From NCBI GenBank assembly GCA_964016885.1, contig OZ024742.1, positions 36,394,001 to 36,458,000 of the forward strand: a stretch of DNA of 64,000 nucleotides, given 5' to 3'. The stretch is from Eledone cirrhosa (Eukaryota). Under the pieces are notes generated by a model that saw nothing but the letters and a program-made list of their open reading frames with translations, was not told the origin of the DNA and searched no databases. The first letter of the stretch is position 1; each line of letters starts with the position of its first letter. Position numbers and translations under genes: made by a program. Below are positions 26,280-40,635 of this stretch, piece by piece.

Positions 26280-27695
26280 GAAAGGTATAGAAAGTATTGT
26301 AGCAAGAAGCCAACAGTATTCCATAATATATAAGTGACTATAGCGTCAAAATGGGAAAATAGTTAACGTAAGATGTGGGAAAAATAATTCAAACTCAATT
26401 CAAAAAGAATCAGGATATAGATTTATCCAACAGAATTTAGTGAAATCCAGGGAAAAATCAATAGAGCCTTAACTCATCATAAAATAAAGTTTAAAATACT
26501 CATTCTTCAATTTGGGACAACTACAAATGCTCTGTATAGTCTTGAAAAAGACTATTTCACGAAAACTTTCAGTGGAGATGGTCACGATACATACATACAT
26601 ATATACATACATACATAATACTCTGCTTCCATAATAACTTAGGAAGAAATAAATAACAAAATAACTTAGGAAGAAATAAATAACAAAATCACCAACAACA
26701 ACATCATCAAATACAATATCAACAACAGCAATAATACCAACTCCAACACCAACAACAACACCATCAAATACAATATCAACAACAGCAATAATACCAACTC
26801 CAACACCAACAACAACACCAACAACAACACCAACAACAACACCAACAACAACACCAATATGTTCGGTGTTTTTCTTTCTAAGAAAATAGTAATATAATTC
26901 AAGAAAGAGGTAATGTTTTTCAACATCTATATTTAGTTATCGGAACAACAGAAGAAGCAAAAGAGAGAATAAGAGGAATCAGAAAAGAACTGATGAGAGA
27001 TGAGAGCATGCTTGTAAAGGAGAAACATGTTTTAGAATGACCATCGTAATACTAAGACCAGCAACACACACATACATACACACACATGCACACACACACG
27101 CACACACGCACACACACACACATATGCACACACGCACACATGCACACACATGCACACACACACATGCACACACACACACACATATGCACACACGCACACA
27201 TGCACACACACACACACGCATACACACACATGCAAACACACACACACCATGCACACACGCACACACATGCATACACACACACATACACACACAGACACGC
27301 ACACACACATGCACACAGACACACACACATACATGCACACGCACACACGAGAAATCCAACAAGAACACAGACACTCGCATAAGAGCCATTAACCCTGAGA
27401 CCTAAAACACGAAAAAGAAACACACAAGATCAAGATTATCTCACACACATACACAAACACACTATAGAAATATCATCACATATACGCAGAACTACAACAC
27501 CAGCAACAACAACAACACTAGCAACAACAACAACACCACACACACATACATGAATACATAGAAACACAGTCAACTCTTTCTATATCATACTACACAGCTG
27601 TTTCTGATGTTTTGCACGTTTGTGAAAACAACAGCCATTTCTGTATTTTTTGGCGGATTTTTGATGAAACTTGTAATAGATTTTTTACAGTTACT

Positions 27696-27748
<53 letters not shown>

Positions 27749-27836
27749 CACACACACACTCTGTCTTTCTCACTCTCACTCTCACTCACTCTCTCTACCG
27801 CTCTCTCAACATATATATATATATGTATGTGTGAGT

Positions 27837-27875
<39 letters not shown>

Positions 27876-27881
27876 AGTATA

Positions 27882-27924
<43 letters not shown>

Positions 27925-27927
27925 CTG

Positions 27928-27971
<44 letters not shown>

Positions 27972-27978
27972 TACACAC

Positions 27979-28012
<34 letters not shown>

Positions 28013-28055
28013 ATATATATATATAAATATACATATATATATATATAAATATACA

Positions 28056-28087
<32 letters not shown>

Positions 28088-28368
28088 CATATATATATAT
28101 ATCTATATATATATCTATATATATATCTATATATATATATATATATATATATACCACACTCGCTCACTCTCTATCTATTATCTATCATCCTCTAGTATAT
28201 ACAACCATATTTTCCCAAGTACTCTACTCAGGACATGTAATTAATCTTGAGTGTATAATTGTTGAACATCCTGTATTATTTTGTTGTTGCTGTTGTTGTT
28301 GCTGTTGTCATTGAGGATGTTGAAGTTACTACTGTTGCTGATGAGGATGATGTTGTTACTACAACTGG

Positions 28369-28402
<34 letters not shown>

Positions 28403-28601
28403 ATTGCAGTTGTTGCTGATGATGATGAAGTTCATGATGTTGTTTCTATTTCTGCTATTGTTGGTGATATTGAGGTATATATACATATATATATATATAC
28501 ACACACACACATATATAATATATAAATATATAAATATATATATATACACACACACATATCTAATCTATATATATACACACACACACACATATAATATATA
28601 A

Positions 28602-28652
<51 letters not shown>

Positions 28653-28839
28653 TTTATGTAATATATATACACACACACATTTATCTAATATATATATATA
28701 CACACACACACATATATAATATATAAATATATAAATATATATATATATACATACGCATATATATAAATATATATGTATAAATATATATATATATAATTAT
28801 ATATACATAGACAATATGCATATATATATATATATATTG

Positions 28840-28962
28840 TGAAGGCGCGTGGCCGTGTGGTTAGAGAATTGGATTCGCAATCGTGAGGTTGAGAGTTCGA
28901 TTCTCGGACCAGGCGATGCGTTATGTCCTTGAGCAAGGCACTTTATTTCACGTTACTCCTTC
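28840..28962 (+). mobile_element. tRNA-derived SINE head (family 2)
   Basis: tggccgtgtggtt A-box, gagttcgattct B-box, gtccttgagcaaggcacttt. Confidence 0.75.
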
Positions 28963-29494
28963 TACCTGGAGTTGCGACCGATAGAGAGTATTAGCAATTG
29001 GAAAGACCAACGGAAACATTGTTTCCTAGGTCCGATATGACGAAAGTCGATCGACTTATATATATATATATATATATATAAGATTTGTTTGTTCAATTTT
29101 TCTTCTAATCCACCGAGGTTTTCCAAGGAATGTTCCATATCCTGGAGTGGAGCTACTCCAACTGTTCATGGTTCTTAGAACTGTTAAGAGGCATCTGTTC
29201 ATTTCTTATATATGAATATATATATATATATATGTCTGAGTGTGTGCGTGTACGTAAGCATTTATGCGTGCGTGTGTGTGTGTGTACGCAAGAATGTATA
29301 TTAGGTTAACAAATGTGCACACTTGAAAAAGGACACTGAAAACAAACAAACACCAACATCTATTTTCCTCGTCAGTCACAGCCTGGAAAATACAGTTTCG
29401 TATGATACAAATATATATATATATATATAAATACAATAGATACACACACAAACACACATGAATATATATATATATATATAGTGGGGAAAGACCC

Positions 29495-29537
<43 letters not shown>

Positions 29538-29547
29538 GACCTTTCCC

Positions 29548-29584
<37 letters not shown>

Positions 29585-29834
29585 GGCCTTTCCCCACTTA
29601 AAAACCCTTCTAAACACAGGCATTGCTAGGAAAATACGGTATATATATATATACCGTATATATATATATATACCGTATTAGATATATATATATATATATA
29701 TACCGCTACTTTTTTCGGAAAAGTCTCAGATCTACCATGCGTCCTGGAGGCCGAAGGTTGTTTATTATTTCCTTTCAAATTTTTGGTTTTCAAAATTAGG
29801 GTGCGTGCTCGAGGACGAAGCGCCGGGAAATGCA

Positions 29835-29867
<33 letters not shown>

Positions 29868-29872
<5 letters not shown>

Positions 29873-32800
29873 ATACTTTGAGAGGGTCATGTTGCCAATA
29901 AGAAACACACGCACCAGTTGTTTTCACTTCAATTTATTATATATTTATAAATTTACAAATTTATAAATTTCTGGTTGGTTGGTTGGTTCCACAACCAGAT
30001 AGTTGTTTATATATAGTCATAGTTCTTTCGTCACACACTCTGTGACCTCTTCAGTGACTGGGGATTTCTTTCTTTGTTTCTGTGCCTCTCCTTTGTTCTG
30101 TCCTACGCCATTTTGTTTCTGTGTGTGTGTTGTGTGCTCAGTCTGCGCATGCGCCACATCCGGGTGTCTGTGTGTGTTTATGTTCATTTATCTATTTGTT
30201 TATTTACATGTTGCTGGTTGGTTGTTTGTTCTATGTGTGTGTGTGTTTTCATTTTGTCCTTAATTGTAAGTTGTGATGTTGCTGTTCCACTCATATTTTC
30301 TATTTAATTTTGGTTGTAATTCTTTTATGTTTATTGCCTCTGTAATTTGTCTAAACATTGCGTCTTTTCTGTGTGTAGATTCTATTTTTATTTCTATGTT
30401 CTCTAATTTACCCTTGTGTTCTATCTTAGCATGTTGGTAGAGTACAGATGATTCTTTATTATCTTGAAGGTCCCGCCAGTGTTCATTTATCCGTTCCCCT
30501 ACACTACGAGCTGTCTCACCTATGTACACTATATTTTTGTCTACATTGTCCTTCAGTACATCTTATGCTATACACTACATTTCTAGTTTTACAGTTAATA
30601 TGGGGGCTTATTTTACAGGTTATACATTTCTTATCTATACATGAGGGTCTTTGAAAAGGGTATGTCTTGCTAATAAGTGTTTTTACGGAGGTACCTGGTC
30701 TTTCTACTATCTTAATATTGAGTTTATGTTTATTTAGGGCCCTTCTAAATTTGTAAGCTAGTTCGCCTCTAGGGGTTGTATCGATGAACATTACACTCTG
30801 GTATTTATTGCTATCATACCATGAGTTTATTCTATTAGCCTTGTTCCTAGTTCTTTCTATTCTATTCCAAAATTTGCTCCTATACAAGGAGCAGGTCCCA
30901 TTTATGTCATTATTTACCATTTTTTCCCATTTAGTTCTGGCTCCTCTATACACTCTGATTCTATCTCTCTGATTGTAGCCAGAGAACTGCATACGGTGGA
31001 TGAAGTGTTGTATGTGTCTCTCTAGTTCTTCGGGGTTGCACATGCGGGACACGTTTCTCATCACCCGTACCAAATCCGCAATCAGTATGTTGATTTTGGT
31101 ATGGTCAGAAACAGCCGAGTTTCGGTGAATCAGATGTTTGGAAGTCATGGGTTTGGCATAATGGGAATGGAGGATTTGTTTTTTGTTATTAATGGTATCT
31201 AACCAGAGCTCTGTGTCTAGTACAGGTAATCGATGGTTGGGGTGTTTACTTGGGTAGTCTATAGTAACTCTAATGCTCTGGTGGATGGAGTTTGCTATTT
31301 GCTGGATGCTTTCCATTGTGTTTTTCTCTAGTTCCTGACTGTTCTCTAGTGGGGGTGTCTTAACTACGATGTTTATATCATCAACGTAGTGGGAGTACAT
31401 TATCAGGGTTAAGGGGCCTTCTAATTGTTCTTTAAGTTTAAGTTTAAGTCTACTGTCCCACCATACCATGAATAAGTTAGCTATGTCGCCTGCAATGCTA
31501 ACACCAATGGCTGCTCCTTCCTCTTGGGTATATGTTTTTCCATTAAATTTGAACATATGTTCCTGAAGGGTTAGTTTTATGCTGGCCCCTACCGCATGTG
31601 CAATCATTTTCTTCAGTTCATCGTGGTTTTTGGGTGTCCGTATGGCTCTGGTCCACCCGTTCCATCTATCTGTGTGGGTTTTTTTGGCCATTGATGTAAT
31701 GGTAGGTGGTCTGCCTCTTGCTGGTCTTGTAGGGCACAGGTTGCTAAGGTCATATGTGTCTAGGTAACTATTACTATATTACTAGGTAAGCTTAAGTAGG
31801 AGTCCCAGCTCACTGGTATCAATCCCACGGAACTCAACCTTGCTCTCACTGATCATTTCTACGCATTTCTCCACAGCAAAATCCACGTCAATAGATGGAT
31901 ACAGGGACACAACATCCATACTGCCTATTATGCAGTTTGTTAGGTCCCCAGATCGGTTACTCACGCCGATTCTGCTGAGGAGGTCCTCCGTGCTGTCACA
32001 TACATCTGGGGACATTTCAATGATGGGGCGTATGATCAGGGAGAGGAAGTAGGACAGTCTGTAGTTACTAGCAATGTTAGCTCCACAGACTGGCCGTGTT
32101 GGTGGTCCCGCGACAGGGTTACAGCCCGTTTTATGGTCTTCTCGAAGCCCATACAACGCTGGCACGTCATTGTTCCAGGCCTGGAAGTTGTTGGCAGTCC
32201 TTTTGTTGGGCTGCATTATATTCGTCCACATCACCATATGGGCATTGAGGGCTTTTTCTCTATCCTCATGCTCCTGTGGTGTTACCTCTCTTGTGTTAGT
32301 GATGTGGGGTTGCATTGCCTGGATGTAGTTTGGCAGGCTGTCAACCGACATTCTGCCAGACTTGTCTGTTGGAAAGCATGCTATCTCTCCATTACGTGAG
32401 CGCTGCATGAGCTTACGCAAGCCATTTGCAGATTTTTCTCCCAGTTGCTGGGCCTCCATTCTATTATGCTTCTTGCTATACTGTTCTATAATATTTCTAA
32501 GTTCGGATCTAGCTATACTAAATTGTGCTTCTGTTTGTTCATCGACCTGCGACGGCAATTGCGTGCGTTTGTTAAATGGTAAAGTCGTGGCGTGGACTCG
32601 TCGCAGGTCGAATGATTTATCGGAGGGATTATAAAACGGAGAGTTCCAGGCTGCTGCTTTATGTGTACTAGTGCTATTGTTATTGTTAGTTGTGTTGTTT
32701 CTATTTCTATTTCCACCAACAGCCTCATGGTTTTTTCTATGTCTCTCATAATTACTCCTGTCTCTTTCCACTGGCTCATTGTTGTTATCTACCCTATTTT

Positions 32801-33332
32801 GTGTGTCTGTGTGTTCGTCTTGGTTATTCTCTTTGTCCTTAGTCTCCCTTCTCCTTTTAATCCTATTACTTTCCCTTATTTCTGTGATTTCTGTGCTACT
32901 GTCATTACTTGTTTTCTGTGTCTGCGTGTTTGTTAAGATTGTGGTGGTGGTGAGAGGCATTGAATGCGTGTGTGTTTTGTTGTTGATGTGTGCTGTTGTT
33001 GATGTGTGTTGTTGTTGTCTCCGTGTGTGTTATTGTTGTTGTGTGTGTTGTTATTGTTGTTTGTGTCTGCGTGTCTGTTGTTGTTTCTGGGTATGTTGTT
33101 ATTGTTGGTGTTGTTGATGTGTGTGTTGTTGTTATTGTTGTTTGTGTCTGTGTGTCTGTTGTTGTTGGGATGTGTGTTGTATATGTGTGTGCGTATATTG
33201 TTGTTTTTGTTTTTGTTTTTGTTTTTGATGCTCCAGCGTAGTTTTGTAAATGATTTTTCTATTTCTGACAGACAACTAATCATATTTACCCTCTTGAATC
33301 GCATATTTACCCTCTTGAATGTCCCCAAGTAT

Positions 33333-33338
<6 letters not shown>
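29868..33338 (-). mobile_element. Penelope-like element family A, longer copy, inserted in (TA)n
   Basis: 3' pLTR at 29868-30260 with a hammerhead at 30016-30058; short inverted terminus cccaagtataacaa at 33324-33337; highly similar to 3479-5855. Confidence 0.94.
30260..33320 (-). pseudogene. Penelope RT + GIY-YIG polyprotein, interrupted
   Basis: PTDKSG, LYGLREDHK, RPVCGA, SMDVVSLYPSI, YSHYVDD and YIGETAR; in-frame stop at ~31782 from a 6-bp insertion; 2-bp deletion at ~30540. Confidence 0.93.
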
Positions 33339-33382
<44 letters not shown>

Positions 33383-33650
33383 CAATATATATATATATAT
33401 TGTTATACTTGGGGAGGGTCAGAACACACACTCGTAAAACTAATTCATCGCCGTTATATATATATATATATATATATATGTTAAAACAATGAAATAAAAA
33501 ATCAAGTCATTAGAAATATACTTCACTGCTTTACGATTTTTTTATTTTATTGATTCAACTTATATCATAACTCTGTTTACAACATTTTCAAGAAATGGAT
33601 TACATTGAGTTCTTCATGCAGACTGGACCCCACAACTTACCGTGGATATC

Positions 33651-33755
<105 letters not shown>

Positions 33756-33854
33756 AGAGAGAGAGAGAAAGAGAATGCCGATGGGTAAATCTCCGGATAA
33801 CAAAATTAGGTGGTAGTAAGATGAGAGGAACAAGCGTAGAAAGAGACGTAGAGA

Positions 33855-33914
<60 letters not shown>

Positions 33915-33924
33915 GTGTGTGTGT

Positions 33925-34190
33925 GGAGGCACGTGGCCGAGTGAGTGGTAAGGGTGTTGGACTTACGATCATGATGTCGTGGGTTCGATTCCTGGGTTGC
34001 GTGTTGTGTAAAACACTTCATTTCACATTGCTCTAGTATACTCAGCTGGAAATGAGTACCAGCAATATCTGGGAGTTTAACCCCGCGATGGACTGGCATC
34101 CTATCTAGGGGTGGGTCTTGTACACTCAGTCACTTCACGCCATGAAACCGGTATAATCACCGGCCAAATGCGCCTCCTGGCTTAGACTTT
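33925..34190 (+). mobile_element. tRNA-derived SINE family 2, near full length
   Basis: A-box tggccgagtgagtgg, B-box ggttcgattcc, central gcgatggactggcatcc. Confidence 0.8.
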
Positions 34191-34356
34191 ATATATATAT
34201 ATATATAAGATTAAAATACTTGAGTGCGTTAGAGTTAAACACACTCGTCGTATTAGAGAAATGACAGTATAAGATATAGCTCAATGTATTCCAACAGAGC
34301 CGAAAAATTATAAAAAATAAACAAAGAAGCCTTCAATACATCAAAAGTCTTTATTA

Positions 34357-34397
34357 GCTGACAATGTTTCGTCCCATTAATAAGGACTCATCAGAGC
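34357..34397 (-). ncRNA. Canonical-core type I hammerhead ribozyme (family D)
   Basis: GCU-CUGAUGA-GUCCU-uauuaau-GGGAC-GAAA-C-auu-G-UC-AGC; all core nucleotides present and a GUC cleavage triplet. Confidence 0.85.
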
Positions 34398-35135
34398 AAG
34401 TAAAGAGACAAGAAGCATTAACGGCCAGAACAAACCAAAACTCAGAAGAACAGGGAATTTATATCTATGAAAACTTAGGAAAGACATCAAGGAAAGACAT
34501 GCTAAAGCTAAAAGTGTGCATTTGCAAATATAGACTATAGGGCAAGAGAGCGAGTAATATGTCAAACCCACGTTGAGAGAACAATATAATACAAATACAT
34601 GAAACACAACATGGTAACACAATATGAGAATTATAATATGATATAGAATACAATATAATGGATAATAAGAAATAAAAAGCTTAATATATATGTATATATA
34701 TATATCCATATATATATACACATTTACACAAACACATACTAACACTTATTTAAATATTTAAATATAAGTATACTCGTTATAATATAATAATCATTATAAT
34801 AGCATAATCACCCTGACGGTGTGCATAAACAATTTCAAAAACAATGGAATAATATACTGACATTAAAAAATATATAAAACTACATCATACGTATCACCTA
34901 AGGTCAACAAATTGTATATAAAGTTTTTCACAGGGTAAGAAAAAATATCATATAAAAATAAAGTATGGTGAAAAAATATATATAACTATATATAATATTG
35001 ACAATAAATATCCAGAGGTATATGCAGTTCAAATTCCTAAAATATTACAAAACAGTACCTCAATATTATAAGTGTGTAAAATACTTATAACTGCATAAGG
35101 TTTTGTATTTACATAACCATAAATAGTATAACTAA

Positions 35136-35228
<93 letters not shown>

Positions 35229-35532
35229 GCGCAGTAGGAAATCCTTCTAAAATTACTATTCTATTTATTAATAGGAATCAGTGAAACGTAAAAGATACAA
35301 TACTAAAGCCGAAATTCTTAACATATGTTGCGCCGACATGTTTCTTTTAGTTACAGGTGCCGCTGCTAGAGGGCATTCTGAACAACTGAAATAATTGATC
35401 ACGTGTTAGGCTAGTTACGCTAGAGGGTGTGCAAAATCATGCATGGTGGCGTCTGGATTTTCGTTTTATATGCAGTAGCGGTGGGTGCAGGTTTGAATTA
35501 TCGCATATATTTATACGCACACACACACACAC

Positions 35533-35601
<69 letters not shown>

Positions 35602-35642
35602 GCACACATATATTTACACACATACCGACACACACACACACA

Positions 35643-35686
<44 letters not shown>

Positions 35687-35703
35687 TGTATGTATATATA
35701 TAT

Positions 35704-35744
<41 letters not shown>

Positions 35745-35748
<4 letters not shown>

Positions 35749-36676
35749 TATGTATGTATGTATACGTACATACATATATGTATACAGACGTACAGTAATT
35801 TGTATATATATACATACATGCACACACATATATATATATATGCACGTATCAGTTTACCGAACATTTATTATAATGCTCGGTTTGTTCGTTTGTAAACAAA
35901 CAAACAGCCCGAATTACGCCGTACAGTGTTTAGTCAACCACGTCACCCTTTTGTTCAACACTAACACAGGAACGATGTACTAGTTTCAAGCTTATTAGCA
36001 ATCGTCAGCATCGTTTACAAACGAACAAACCGAGCATTATAATAAATGTTCGGTAAACCGGTACGTGCATATATATATATATATATGTGTGCATGTATGT
36101 ATATATATACATACTACTGTACGTCTGTATACATATATGTATGTACGTATACATACATACATACTTACATTTAAGTAAGTGCCGTACTAAGAGTGAGAAA
36201 TGAAATTTCGTTTCATTCTATTCCATTTATCGTTTTCGGTGTGCCCGGCCGACTGAACTCACTCGATATGCAAATTAGGCTGCTCAGCCGTTAATATGCA
36301 TAAGGAAAGTATATACTTTCAGACGTTCAACCATCTGGCAGGAAGGTATACGATGCTGACGATAGCTAATAAGCTTGAAACTAGTACATCGTTCCTGTGT
36401 CAGTGTTGAACAAAAAGGTGACGTGGTTGCCTAAACATTGTACGGCGTAATTCGGGCTGTTTGTTTGTTTACAAACGAACAAACCGAGCATTATAATAAA
36501 TGTTCGGTAAACCGATGCGTGCATATATATATATATGTGTGCATGTGTGTATATATATACATACTACTGTACGTCTGTATACATATATGTATGTACGTAT
36601 ACATACATACTTACATCTAAGTAAGTGCCGTACTAAGAGTGAGAAATGAAATTTCGTTTCATTCTATTCCATTTAC
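35745..36676. repeat. Composite inverted + direct repeat (35745-36013 inverse of 36350-36612; 36013-36228 direct copy of 36467-36676)
   Basis: Blocks acaaacgaacaaaccgagcattataataaatgttcggtaaac and aagtaagtgccgtactaagagtgagaaatg are repeated; (TA)n flanks. Confidence 0.85.
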
Positions 36677-36768
<92 letters not shown>

Positions 36769-37094
36769 GTGGGAAAGTAATATTAATTATGCCTCCAACC
36801 ACCCTAAGCAGACTCTCAACTCCATAGTCTATAGTATCTCACATAGAATCGAAGCTATCCGCCAATGAGGATATCTTCAACCAAGCGGCAGATTACTACA
36901 ATAGGGCCCTGATAAGCGCTGGCTTTAACCGAGGAATTTCATACATACCTAACGCTAGCTCTAGAAACCACCCCCTTCATAAAACTAACGTTATAGTAAG
37001 CCATACCTATAACCGATCACGCGGCGACCTCGTTGAAGTCGGATATAATAGAATAGATAACCGCACCAAAGATCACGACCTCGGCGACGCTACT

Positions 37095-39723
37095 AACTCG
37101 TTTATACGGAGAGTCAGATGGAAGGCCTACCACCTGGATAAGAACACCCGTAACCTTCCTGAACCCAAAGAGAAGTATGGCTTCAAAACATACCGAAACC
37201 CACCGCACAACACCTTACTGGACTCCTTTGAAGAGGACCTGCTGAAAATGATCAAAAACTTTAAGTTCAGAAAGAAACATCAATGCAGCAATCCATTCTT
37301 AACGTCCCTTGATACACTAATAACTAAGATCAAGAATGACCCGCACCTCTTCGTCACCTCCGACAAAACCAAAAAGCTGTACAAGATGGACGCGAGTGAG
37401 TATAAACAATTCATCTATAAGGAACTACACAAAGACTACAAAAAGACACCTTCTAGTACCCTAAATGACATAAATAGAATAGGGAAGGATATAGTCACCA
37501 GCTTAGAAATAGAAAAGTACACTAACCCGTACGTCCCTCTGACGCCTAAATTCTCTCTTAAGGATCACAAATATGACTTTAATGAAAGCCTCTCTATTAG
37601 ACTAATATGCCCCTCTACATCAGATATAGGTAAGATTAGTAAAGTGATCCTTGACAGAGTACTACTGGAGCTTAATAGAAAGGCTAAGGTCTGCCTCTGG
37701 GGCAACACCGACCAGGTCATAAATTGGTTCACCGAGTTGCAGGATAAAACCACCCTGCAATTCATCCAGTTTGATATAGATAGTTACTACGCCTCTATCT
37801 CCCCCATACTCTTAAATAAGGCACTTATCTTAGCTAAATCTAACACTAGCCTCACTAAAAAAGAAATAGACATAATTCTAGCGGCGCGTAGAACCATTAT
37901 CCAGTTCGAAGGCTCCCACTGGAGCAGAACCAACCGTCCTGATAACTTCGATGTCACGATGGGGTCCAGTGACTCAGCGCAAGCAACTGACCTGGTCGGG
38001 ATATGCCTCCTACATAAGCTTAGGGACGAGATACCGGCCCTACAAGGAGGTGTATATAGGGACGACGCCCTGTTTACCGTTAGGAACCATAGCCCCCGTA
38101 GGATAGAGAACCTTAACAAACATATACACAGGTTCTTCAAGTCATACGGCCTATCCGTAACTATGGACCTCAACCACAGGGTTGTCAACTTCCTAGACGT
38201 GACCCTATACAAGCCATACCATAAGCCTGGAGAGTGCCTCTCTCATATTAATTATGCCTCCAACCACCCTAAGCAGACTCTCAACTCCATAGTCTATAGT
38301 ATCTCACATAGAATCTCGAGGCTATCGGCCAGTGAGGATATCTTCAACCAAGCGGCAGATTACTACAATAGGGCCCTGATAAGCGTTGGCTTTAACCGAG
38401 GAATTTCCTACATCCCTAACGCTAGCTCTAGAAACCACCCTCCTCATAAAACAAACGTTATAGTAAGCCATACCTATAACCGATCACGCGGCGACCTCGT
38501 TGAAGTCGGATATAATAGAATAGATAACCGCACCAAAGATCACGACCCTGGCGACGGTGAACACTGTAGATTACTCGAACTATTCCCCTATTACAAAACC
38601 AACAAAGGCGACGGCCTACTACCAACGCCTTCCAACCAACATCTTCGTGTACATAAACATGGGAGAGGTAGGAAGAGTGCACCCGAGCATAAAGTGAAAG
38701 GGGCACCGAACGGGCGACTGCGCATTAACACACATAAGAGCGGTCACCTAGATGGAACCACCCATAGCAAAAGTACAAGGACACATAATCGCCACCGTAA
38801 CGTCCTATGGTTCCACCCCCACCCCCTACTCTCGAAGTGTGGCCTCCAACATACCCCGGATGTTCTTCGAAGCCTTAGAGAAGAACTTCCCGCCCAACCA
38901 TAGGCATAGAAAAATTCTTAATAGGAACAATATAAAAATATCCTTCTCTACTACTCCTAACCTAGCAGACATCATAGGAACAACGAACCACAGTAAGATC
39001 ACCAAGACACAGCACCTCGACACAGACGCACCCACACCTGACAATAACTATATCGGCCTTAACAACTCCCTGGCAGCATCCAATAGTGTTGGCAACGGCA
39101 TCCGCAGACGCAACCAGCATAACTGCGAAATGACTGGGGAACATGCAGGACATGACAGGCGGAATAACAATCGCACCAACCCGCGTGCTGTGGGTTGTAA
39201 TAGTGCTAACGACAGCTGCGGTAGTGTAGGTAACAAAGTAGGCAGCAACAATGATAGCCTTACCGTGGGAAATAGATGGAACCGCGACAGAAATTGCAAC
39301 TGCCTCGACAGAGGACGCTTCCCCCTTAGAGGATACTGCTTGACTGATAGGGTTATATTTAGATGCACTATTACTAGCCACAATAGCGTTAAACATTATA
39401 TAGGGGCTACCTCCGGCCCGTTCAAAATTAGGTTTCGAACACATCTCCACTCTTTCACAAATAGAAAACTAAGGCACTCCACTTCGCTCGCGGACTACAT
39501 CACATCACTAAAGGACTTAAACATCAGCTTTTCCACGCACTGGGAGATTGTCGGCAGGGCTGCACCGTACAACTTCAAGAGGAAATGCGATCTTTGCCTC
39601 ATGGAGCTCTACCACATCATAACTGCATCCCACGAGATCATCAACAGCAGAGCTGAAACAGCGATAAGTTGTACACATCGCTTAAAAATATCCTTCTTCA
39701 GATGGGTTAAGGATGAGGAGTGA
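37095..39723 (+). pseudogene. Penelope (Naiad-like) RT + Cys-rich linker + GIY-YIG, one frameshift at ~38815
   Basis: FIRRVRWKA, SDKT, LKDHK, FIQFDIDSYYASI, FDVTMGSSDSA, GVYRDDAL, NFLDVTL, SNHP, CNC, VIF..YIGAT, CDLC..E, CTH. Confidence 0.9.
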
Positions 39724-40016
39724 AACCGTACACCGGATCTCACTTCAACAAGTCTTAACACCCCAGCGGGCAGGCGCTGCAAAATAACACCCAGGAAACT
39801 ATCCTTGCATACCAGACCCAGCCTCAGACAAACAGATGCGGCAAAAAAAAAAAAAAAAAATTGTCCGGGAAAGACTGCCCTAACACCGGCCAGAGTTACC
39901 TCCCTTGACCTGCTGCAAAATCAAAACAAGATATTTTTGCGAGCAATGAACCTTGATGTGGATTTAACCCCCAAAGCTCTTTCCGAGCAATATAAGGAAC
40001 ACTTGTGATTATTTAT

Positions 40017-40054
40017 GCCCTTGAGAAGCCCAACTGGGCGAAACGTACGTAGGT
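40017..40054 (+). ncRNA. Variant-core hammerhead motif (family E)
   Basis: GCC-CUUGAGAA-GCCCA-ac-UGGGC-GAAA-CGUACG-UA-GGU; palindromic stem III ACGUACGU; the core deviates from CUGANGA. Confidence 0.6.
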
Positions 40055-40271
40055 GCTGTTTTAAATAAACATGTTTTAACGGTCTATTCTCCGATTTTTT
40101 ACTTTCCCACGTACTTACGCTCTGCTAACTCTCTAGCCCACTAAATATTAACACTTCGAATATTTAATACTGCCGGCATTAGTATCGAACACCTTTGGCA
40201 TACGCTACTTGGCAAATAACTATATGTATCACCTATCCTCCCCTTTTTTTCTCTTTCTCGATACGTAAATA

Positions 40272-40391
<120 letters not shown>

Positions 40392-40392
40392 C

Positions 40393-40423
<31 letters not shown>

Positions 40424-40635
40424 CATACAATAACCATTTGATCACGTTATATTTTATTATCATAAGCTACCATCACTCAATACACATACATTTGCGTTTC
40501 GTTTCGGTTTTTCTACCCGCCGAAATGCGATTCTCACTGAATTTATATTTATATATATATGTATATATGTATGTAGGTATGGTATGTATGTTAATATGTA
40601 TGTATTTATGTATGTACATATGTATGTATGTATTT

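Larger units (their letters stand above)
36766..40113 (+). mobile_element. Naiad-type Penelope-like element
   Basis: 15-bp inverted termini tacgtgggaaagtaa / ttactttcccacgta; RT + C-terminal GIY-YIG; hammerhead-like motif in the 3' region. Confidence 0.88.

Noticed and set aside
28840-28915. tRNA gene
   Set aside because: A/B boxes run directly into a SINE body, and there is no clean cloverleaf with an acceptor stem.
29365-29410. Hammerhead fragments (GAAACUG..CUGACGA on the minus strand)
   Set aside because: No UH cleavage site in register and no stem I/II.
29628-29836. Tc2/pogo-like MITE relic
   Set aside because: Only partial end-like motifs (aaatacggta, aaaattagggtgcgt); matching TIRs could not be established.
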